Source of the DNA: Scenedesmus sp. PABB004
Lineage: Eukaryota
Assembly (NCBI GenBank): GCA_014905635.1
Contig: CM026547.1
Location: forward strand, 124,001 to 188,000
Length of the DNA: 64,000 bases
Direction of reading: 5' to 3'
Shown: in pieces, positions 1-7,939 of the stretch
How positions within the stretch are numbered: position 1 is the stretch's first letter
Layout: the number at the start of each line of letters is the position of its first letter
The notes under the pieces: generated by a model
Database searches by the model: none
Seen by the model: the letters and a program-made list of their open reading frames with translations, nothing else
Told to the model about the DNA's origin: nothing
Translations under genes and position numbers: made by a program

Positions 1-348
1 GCCGACCGTCTGAAAACCACGCCGACCGTCTGAAAATCCGTACGCTCGGACACACGCAGCGGTCACCCGCGCCCGGCGAGAGCCTCCCGCGATGTGCACA
101 GCCGGCGGTGATCGGGCGACTGGGGCGCGCGCGCTGCCGGCAGCCCCAAGCCGGCGCGCGCCGCGATGGGCAGCCTGCGAGGCGCGCGTGGTGCGTGCGT
201 CGCGGCCGCTCGGACCGCGCACTCCGCGCCGGGCGCGTTCCGGAAGATTCAAGCCGCCGCCCGCCCCGCGCGCCCCGCCCCCGCCCCGCCCCGCCCCGCC
301 CGACCCGTCAGGCGCCTCGGCTGAGGGCGTGACGGGCGCGCTGGGTGC

Positions 349-1930
349 ATGGCGCCGGAGCCGGAGCCGCCGCCGCAGCCCGCGGCCGGAGCAGCGGCGC
401 CGCGGCAGGCGCCCGCCGGCGGCGGCTTCGCGTACCAGGAGGTGGGGGCGGGCGCGCCAGGACCTGCCGGGGCACGACTGCACCCAGTGCCGCCGCCGCC
501 GGCGCGCCCGCGCCGTGCGGCGGGCGCAGCCGCAACCGCAGCCCGCCGGCGGCCGAGTGCCACACCGCGGCGGGCCGGGCCCTGGCTGCGCAGCGCCGTG
601 GATGCCAGCGAGGCGGCCATGCGTCTGCGCAAGCCCTCAGCTCCTGCAGCGGGAGGTCGCCGGCGCTGCGGTCCCTGGCGGAGCGGCTACGGCTGGCGCT
701 GGCCGCGCTGACCGCCGCCGGCGACGCGACGGTGGAGGCGACCTCGCAGCCATGGAGGCGGGAGGCGCTCGTGGTGCTGCGCCATGGCAGCCTGCGCCAT
801 GGCAGCCTGCCACGAGCGCCTCCAGCGGCACCTCGCGCGGCCGCGCGGCGCGGCGGCGGCGGCGGCGGCGCCCGACTGGCAGCCGGATGCCGTGCAGGCC
901 TGTTGGGCGACTGCGGCGCCCGACTGACGGCCGCGCGCGGCCACCTGGCGGCCGCCGCAGCGGCCGCGCAGGGTCGCGCTGCGCCAGCGCCGCCGGCCCA
1001 GCAGCAGCAACAGCAGCAGCCGCCGCCCGCGCCGCGCACGCCCGGGGAGGCGGCGGCGGCTGTCGCGGCGCTGCGTCGCGAGGCCTCGGCCGGCGGGCGC
1101 CGCGCGGTGTGCGCGACGCTCGAGGCGGCGCTGGCTGCGGCGACCGCCGCCGGCGCGGCGACCGCCGCCGGCGCCGGCGTCGCCCGGCGGCCGCAGCGGC
1201 GGCAGGCACCCGCCGCAGCGCGCCGGCGGCGTGCGGCAGCACCCCGACGTGCTCGTCGCGGTCGCGGGCGCGTGCAAGGTGCTGCGCGCCCTGCGCTCGC
1301 GGCACGCCGCGCGCGTGGTGCTGCCCAAGCGGCGCGCCTCCACGCTGGCGCCAGGTGCAGGTGCTGGATCCAGCACCTGCACCTCTGTCCGCCTCGGGCA
1401 CGCAGGCGCTGGATGCTGCGCTGCGCGCGCGCCTGGCCGGGGCGCCCGCCGCGGGCCAGCCGGCCGGCCAGCCGCCGCCGCCCAGCACCGCCCCGCCGGG
1501 CGGAGGCGCCCCGCCGCCCGCGCCGCCGTCCCAGCGGGACTATCAAAGTATGCATCCCAAACGGGGTCTATGAATCAAAGTATGTGTCCCAGACGGGGTC
1601 ATAGACCCCGCTTGGGATGCATGCTTTAATTTTGGCCGGCGCCCCGGGCGCGCGCGCGGCGTGCTGCATGCCAACTCAAAGGTCAACCGAGCCCGCAAAG
1701 CGGCTCGTTGACATTTGAGTTGGCGGCGCTGCAGGTGCGCGTGCGCGTCGAGGGCGCCACCGACCCCGCCCCGCGCCGCGGCCAGCGACTGCCGGCAGAG
1801 CACCGCAGTGGCGGCAGCGCGGCGGCTGCTCTGCGACGCGCTGGCGCCGCACAGCGTGGCCGACGAGGCGGCGCTTGACGCGCTGCCGCTCGACCCGTGC
1901 GAGCTGCGCGGCGTGGAGGGCCTGCCGCCA
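349..1930 (+). CDS. Possible spliced hypothetical gene (or gene remnant) interleaved with the hairpin cluster
   Basis: ATG at 349 (MAPEPEPPPQ...FAYQE) is followed by a GT donor. Protein-like segments occur downstream (HPDVLVAVAGACKVLRAL; LLCDALAPHSVADEAALDALPLDPCELRGVEG). No family recognised and the exon chain is not resolved. Confidence 0.25.
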
Positions 1931-2679
1931 AGTCGCGGCACAAATCATGCGCGCCCGGCCTGGGTCAGGGTGATTTGTGCCGCGACTTGGCGGCAGGGCC
2001 CGGGCTGCACGCGCGTCGCGCACCGCCGCATCGCGCAGCGGCGCTGCCCCAACGCGCCGCGCCACCGCAACGCGCGGCGGTCTTTATTCTTATCATGCGC
2101 TTCGCCGCGTAGAATAGAATAAGGACCGCCGCGCACCGCGACGTGCGCGGGATTGAGCGCCACCGCAGCTTTGGCAGCAGGGGCGGCCGGGACGGCCCGG
2201 CGGCGGCGACTGCGTGCATCATGTGCTGGGCAATGCATTCGCATGTAGTTTGCTTGCGTGCCGTGCAGAGTGTGCGTGGCGGCTGCGGAAGCACGGGCCG
2301 CTGAAGCAGCGCGCGCTGCATGACCTGGCCGTACGCAGTCAACTGGATGGCGGCATGCTGCCGCCGTACGCAGTCAACTGGATGGCAGCATGCAGCGTGC
2401 TGCGATCCAGTTGACTGCGTACGGCCAGGCCGGCATGCATGCCGCGATCCAGTTGACTGCGTACGGCCAGGTCTTTGTGCGCGGGCGCGTCCGGCCGCAC
2501 GCGCGCCTGCCCGCCGACCTGCGGTGCTCGTCCATCATCATCACCGCGGCGACGCGCCGGCGGCAAGTGATGATGGACGAGCACCGCACAAGCATCAATT
2601 GTACATGCACCGCAGCTTTTCCATGCGGGCCGCGCACATGGCGCATCACGCATTGAGAAGCTGCGGGGCATGTACGGTT
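761..2679 (+). ncRNA. Cluster of stem-loops, candidate polycistronic miRNA/small-RNA precursor
   Basis: Inverted repeats read directly at 761-823, 1353-1384, 1542-1630, 1670-1724, 1921-1997, 2072-2134, 2322-2473, 2520-2588 and 2597-2679. Function is inferred. Confidence 0.55.
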
Positions 2680-3488
2680 TGCTGCAGTGCCCCGGGTGCA
2701 CGGTCGCCGCGCCGCGCGACGACGACGCGACGCGGCGCGCAACATTCGCGCGCTCACGCTGCACGCGTTGTCTGACGCGCGCGCACGGGAGCCGCGGGGG
2801 CTGACCGCGCCGGCAGCAGGGGGCTGACCACCGCGCCGCGCGTGCTGCGCCGCAGGCAAGCGCGCGTGCCGCGCCGGCGCCGGCGCTGCGGGCGCCGCGC
2901 CCCCGCGCGGCACCTCGTCCGGCCGGGGCGCGTTCCTGGAGGAGCAGGAGGGCGAGGAGGACGTGGCGGGCGGGCCGGAGGAGAGCGCGCCAGCGCCCGC
3001 GGGCGGCGGCGCCAGCGCGGCAGGGCGGCCGGGCCCGCGGGCTGCGCGGCAGCTTCGCGGCCGGCCAGGCGCCGGCGGCGAGCCTGCTGCGGAGTAGCGG
3101 GACGGCCCCCCGCAGCTGCGCATGGAGCCTGGAGGTGACCGGCGGTCCCCTGTGCCAGGCGATGTGCGCACCTTGGCCGCGAGCTCGCGCAGCGCAGACA
3201 GCCGGCGCCCCTCCGCTCGGCAACTGCAAACTCAGCGTCGTGCGCAGACGGCCGGGCGCTGCTCTGGCTCCGGGGTTTGAGGCCCGGTTGTGCTGGGGGC
3301 CTCGCAGTCGCCTCCCGAGCCCCCGGCCGCGCCCCACGCCACTGCCTCGCCGCCCCGACACCCGGGCCGTGCCCGCACGCGCCGCCGAGCCAGCACCGAG
3401 CGAGCTCCGTGCGCGGCTAGCCGGGCGCCATCACGCGTTTGCACCGCCCCGCCCGCGCCCCCGGACCGCCCGGGAGCGGGGCGACACG

Positions 3489-4472
3489 ATGAGGGCGGGC
3501 TGCTGCTCCCACTGCCGGGCGACGTCGAGCCCCTGCTGGCGCAGGTGGGCGCCGTGCGGGGCGCGATGCTCCCCCGGCCAACAACGCGCCTCGGCGCGCG
3601 CAGGCGCTCCGCGCGCCCGTTCCCGGGCGTCCCGAGCTCTCGGGCGGCCCAGGACGGCGCGGGCGGGGCCCGGACGGCCGCGGCGGGGGCTCGCTGACCA
3701 GGCACCAGCGCCCGAGCCAGCCCGCCCCCCGAGCTCATCCGGCCTCCCCCCGACCCGCCGCAGGGGGCCGCCCGGCAAGCCCATCCTGTGCAACGCCTGC
3801 GGCGCGCACTACCTCAGCAAAAAGAGCCTCGACGGCTACATGCCCAAGCACGCAGCGGCGCGCGCCGACGCGGCCAACGCGCCGCACCTCGCGCACGCGC
3901 AGCAGGTGCTCGCCGCGCAGGCGGCGCAGCAGCAGCACAGCCACTCGTCCAGGTGCGCGCGCGGCGCGCGGCGGCACGCTGGCAGCCGCGCGCGCGCGCC
4001 GTGCGGCGCGCTGCGGCGAGGGCGGCGCGGCGCGGGGGCGCGTGCAGATCGCGCGGCCGCTGCTGCGCAGGTACAACAACGGCGACCTGTACCCCGGCTA
4101 CGCGCCGAGCAAGCGCCACTGGTCGCTCGCGCACCTGCCGACCGACAGCAGCAGCGGCGCGAGCAGCCTCTGCAAGGAGGCCGCCGTCGACGACCAGGCG
4201 ACCGAGTGCAGCAGCAAGCGGCCGCGCCTGGTGTGCTGCCGCGTGTACGAGGTGCGCGGTGTGGCTGGCGGCGGTGGCTGGCCGCGCCCCGCCTCACGCG
4301 CGCGCGCGCGCCGCCTCACGCGCGCGCGCTGCCCGCCGCGCCGCAGATCGACCCCGCCAACGCGAGCGCGCTGCGGCTGCTGAAGACGTTTGAGACGTCG
4401 GACGGCGTCGTGCTCACCGTCATCCGGCGGCCCCGCAAGCAGGCCAAGCCGCGCGCGTGCGCCGTCGCGTGA
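3489..4472 (+). CDS. GATA zinc-finger transcription factor (about 4 exons)
   Basis: Spliced CSHCRATSSPCWR|RGPPGKPILCNACGAHY gives C-x2-C-x18-C-x2-C; GPPxKPxLCNACG resembles plant GATA26/27-type fingers. TGTAA at 5165-5169. Confidence 0.85.
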   Translation: MRAGCCSHCRATSSPCWRRWAPCGARCSPGQQRASARAGAPRARSRASRALGRPRTARAGPGRPRRGLADQAPAPEPARPPSSSGLPPTRRRGPPGKPILCNACGAHYLSKKSLDGYMPKHAAARADAANAPHLAHAQQVLAAQAAQQQHSHSSRCARGARRHAGSRARAPCGALRRGRRGAGARADRAAAAAQVQQRRPVPRLRAEQAPLVARAPADRQQQRREQPLQGGRRRRPGDRVQQQAAAPGVLPRVRGARCGWRRWLAAPRLTRARAPPHARALPAAPQIDPANASALRLLKTFETSDGVVLTVIRRPRKQAKPRACAVA

Positions 4473-5642
4473 GCCGCCGGCGCGCACCCGCGGTGCACGC
4501 GCGCGCGGGCGGCGGCGGGCCCAGGGAGAGCCCATTCGTTTGACCGCAGCAGCAGGCAGTCGACCTGACCCCCTCCCTAAACCGGCGCGGCAGCTGCCGT
4601 CGCCCCCCGTGTACCAGTATTGGGCGCAGCGGCGCCCCGCGGCGGCGGCGCCCAATGCCGCGCCCGCCGCCCGGGGCGCCCTTGACCGGGGGTGGCTGAA
4701 ACATGCACCCCCGCGCACTTTTTTCGCGCGTGCGCCGCGCCGCGTCGCCCTGCGGCGCGGCGCGGCGCGCCGGCAGGATGCCGCTGCGGCGCGCGGCGGC
4801 GGGCCTGCGCCGCGCCGCCGCAGCGTGTTTGTGTGTGTGGGTGACTGGCCAGCAGCAGGGCTGGCGGTGTGTTTTCGTGCCCGCGTCGGAGCCACCTCGC
4901 TGGCGCTGCAGCAGCCTTCTGCAGCCGGCGGGTGGGCCGGGCGCGCGCGCCGCCCGCGCGGCGCCGCCGACGCGCGGGTGGTGTGGTAGGTCGTGGTGAC
5001 GGGGCGTGGCAAACGAACGCAACGCGGGCAGCGGGCGGCGTGTGCGGGGGCGTGCGCAGCTCTTCCGGCGCGGCATCTTGACCTGGGGGCGCGCGTGCGT
5101 GGTGTACCACCAACGGGGCGCATCGTGGGCCCTCCGCCTCTTCACGTGTGTGTGTGCGCGTGGCTGTAAACTAGTGGCGGGCGCGGCGGCCCCTGCATGC
5201 ATCTGGGTGCATGCGCGGGCGGCGGCTTGCCTGCCGGACCCCTGACGGCCTCGAGGGACTGTTTGACTCCTCGACCCCTTGACATCATCATGAATGTACC
5301 CTCCTAGGCTCCGCGCGCGTGCGTGCGCGCCGCCGCCCTGCAGCCAGGGCGCGCGGCGCGCACGCGCGCGCGCGCGCGCTTTTCCCGGGCAGGGCGGGCG
5401 GGGGGCGCGCTGGCGGGGTGATCGGCGGCGCCACGCGACGCGACGCACGCGGCGGAGGGGCGCATGAAGAACGGAGCGGAACGCGGGCGGCGAGGTGACC
5501 GCGCGCTAGCCCTTCCTTCCCCTCCCGCCGCAACTCTCTCTCGCTCTCTCGCCCTCTCCCGCACCCGCGCGCGGCGCCAGCATGCAGCCCGCCGCCGTGC
5601 ACCGCGCCAGCCCCGCGCCGCGGCTCGTGCTGCTCGTGCTGC

Positions 5643-6796
5643 TCAGCGTATGGTCGAGATGAACTCGTTGTACGCCGACTCGAGCTCAAACAGCAGCTGC
5701 CGCACCTCGTCGCCGCCGAGCTCGTAGCTCGCGGGCTGGCCGTAGAGGCGGCTGTACCACGCCTTGACGCTGCCCTTTGGCCCAAAGTCGGGCGGCAGCG
5801 ACTCAATCTTGCTCATGCTGCCCATCAGGTCGCTCAGGATGGGGCACACCTGCGCACCGCGGGCGGACGCGCGGGCGCGGGGTGGGGCGGGCGGCTCGGC
5901 CCTTGCAGCCCCGCCCGCCGCCATCGCCGCCGCCGCCGCCGCGTCACCGCCTCGGCTGCGCCGCCGCGGCTGCGCCACACGCGCACCTGGTCGACGGCGA
6001 CGAGGTTGAGCTTGAGCGAGTCCATGGCCGTGATGAAGTGCTGCACCGTCTCGGCGACCGCGCGCGCGCCGCCGCCGCCGCCCTCGCCCGGCCTGGCGCG
6101 CGCCGCGGGCGGGCGGTGAGGCGAGGCGCCGCGGGACGGCCGCGCGCGGGCTGCGCGGCCGTGCTGCTGCCGTGTGCGCGCCGCACCGCTTCCTGTGCTC
6201 GATCGTCGCGGGCAGGCCGACCTGGACGAGGCGCGTGTAGGCCATGGGGCACTGCATGTGGTACGACTGCATGAACGCCTCGATGCTCGGCACCTGGCGG
6301 CGGCGCCGCGGCGGCGCGGCGGGCGCGGCGGCGCGGGCCCGTGAGCGCGCGCGGCGCGGCAGCGCGAGCGCGTGGGCCGCGGGCTGGTGCGCGCGCGCGG
6401 CGCCCCCGGCGCGGCGCGCCGGCGGCCCCGCCGGCGGCGCACCGCGTCCTGCATGGCGCCCCAGAGCATCTTGAACTGCGCGATCAGCTTCTCGCACGCC
6501 GCCTCATAGTCGGCGGCCGCCACGCCGTCGCGCACGTACGCGCGCTCCAGCTTCTCCGTGCACTTGAGGATGGCAAACAGGTCTGCCATCATGCAGGGCG
6601 CGGCGCGGCGCGGCGCGGCGCGCGGGCGGTTGCTGCCGCACGCCGCACGCAGCAGCGGCGGTTGCCGCGCAAACGCGAAGCCGCCGCGCCCGCAGCGCCG
6701 CTCCTCGCGCGCCGCCGCACCCGCCAGGTTCTCGTACTTCTCCCGCTCCTTGGCGTTGGCCCACAGCCGGACCTCGCTGAGGCTGCTGGCGCTCAT
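5643..6796 (-). CDS. VPS28: ESCRT-I subunit VPS28 (about 5 exons)
   Basis: EVRLWANAKEREKYENLA|DLFAILKCTEKLERAYVRD...AETVQHFITAMDSLKLNLVAVDQ...RQLLFELESAYNEF. Confidence 0.95.
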
Positions 6797-7235
6797 CGCG
6801 GCCCCGCCCGCGCGGGCGCCGCTGCTGCTGCGCCGCCGCCGCGCCGCCGCGCCGCCGCGCGCTGCCGCCGCCTGCCGCCGCTGCTCTACCTGCAGATGCG
6901 CAGGGCCGGGGACGGAGCACGGGCGGTGCGGCTGCTGCCGCGCGGCGCTGGGAGCGGCGGCGGGCGAAAAGCAGCTGGTGCGGCCCCTTGCTGCGCGCGT
7001 GCGTGCTGCTGCAGCGTCCCTGACGTTCACAGGCGTCTTGGCTACGCGTTCGGGGCGCTGGAACCGCGCAGGGAGCCGGGCTGCAGCGCAGGCGAGCAAA
7101 ACCGGGCTGGTCCGGGGCAGAACCGCGCGGCCAGCGCCCGTTCGACGCCCTGCGCGGGCTGAGTGTCCCCGGGATCGCATCGACCACACCCGCGGCCCGC
7201 CGCGACGCAACCACACGCCGCGGCGCCCCGGCGCG

Positions 7236-7664
7236 ATGGCGGCGCGGCCGTCGTCGGCGGCGTTCGCCGCGGCCGTGTGCGGCCCGCGGCTGGCCACCAG
7301 CGCCGACTACTTTGCCCTCGTCTGCGGCGCCGACGCGCCGCCGTCGGCGCTGCTGCTGCGGCTCGCGCTGAGCGGCGGCGGAGCGGCCGGCGGAGCAGCA
7401 GCGGCAGCGGCAGCAGGGCCAGCAGCGGCAGCAGCGGCAGCAGCAGGAGCTGCACCAGCAGAAGCAGTCGCACCAGGCGCAGCAGCAGCCGCAGCAGCCA
7501 CAGCAGTCGGCGCGCGACCGCTCGCGCTGCTGGCGGGCGGCCTGCTCGAGTTCAGTCTGTGGGGCGGCGACGGCGGCGGCGGCGCGGCGGCGGGGTACGG
7601 GGCCGAGCCCGGCTGGCTGGCGGAGCTGCCGGCGCTGGTCGCGCAGGCGCGGTTGCACCTTTGA
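7236..7664 (+). CDS. Hypothetical Ala/Gly-rich protein, divergent from VPS28
   Basis: ATG-to-TGA ORF with protein-like segments (SADYFALVCG; LLEFSLWGG; WLAELPALVAQARLHL); no family recognised. Confidence 0.4.
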   Translation: MAARPSSAAFAAAVCGPRLATSADYFALVCGADAPPSALLLRLALSGGGAAGGAAAAAAAGPAAAAAAAAGAAPAEAVAPGAAAAAAATAVGARPLALLAGGLLEFSLWGGDGGGGAAAGYGAEPGWLAELPALVAQARLHL

Positions 7665-7939
7665 GTTCAACGGATGCGCAGCATGCGAGCTGTGTGGTTC
7701 AAGCAAGCAAGAGCATTCCTTTCAGGCACGATATGGCGCGCGCTGCAATGATGCGCGCGCGCGTGCGGCCCCACCCCCCGCCGTGCTGGCGACACCTCCT
7801 CCTGCGTGCGTGAGCGCGTGCGTGCGTGCTGCTGCGGCCTCCTGCGCGCCCAAGCCACCCCCCCCCCTTCTGTGCAAACACACACACACAGCCGGCTGGC
7901 CGCGCTCGCCCGCCCCGCGCCGCCGCGGCGCCGATCGAT

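Noticed and set aside
5..35. Resemblance of ACCGTCTGAA to the Neisseria DNA uptake sequence GCCGTCTGAA
   Set aside because: Not an exact match, and the context is a eukaryotic algal genome.
2207..2252. Additional weak hairpin (ACTGCGTGC/GCATGTAGT) within the cluster
   Set aside because: Only ~9 bp with two G:U pairs; could be chance, so not counted.
761..2679. Hairpins as rho-independent terminators, integron attC sites or a CRISPR array
   Set aside because: No consistent U-tracts, no shared repeat or attC core sequence between hairpins, no integrase or cas gene, and the locus is eukaryotic.
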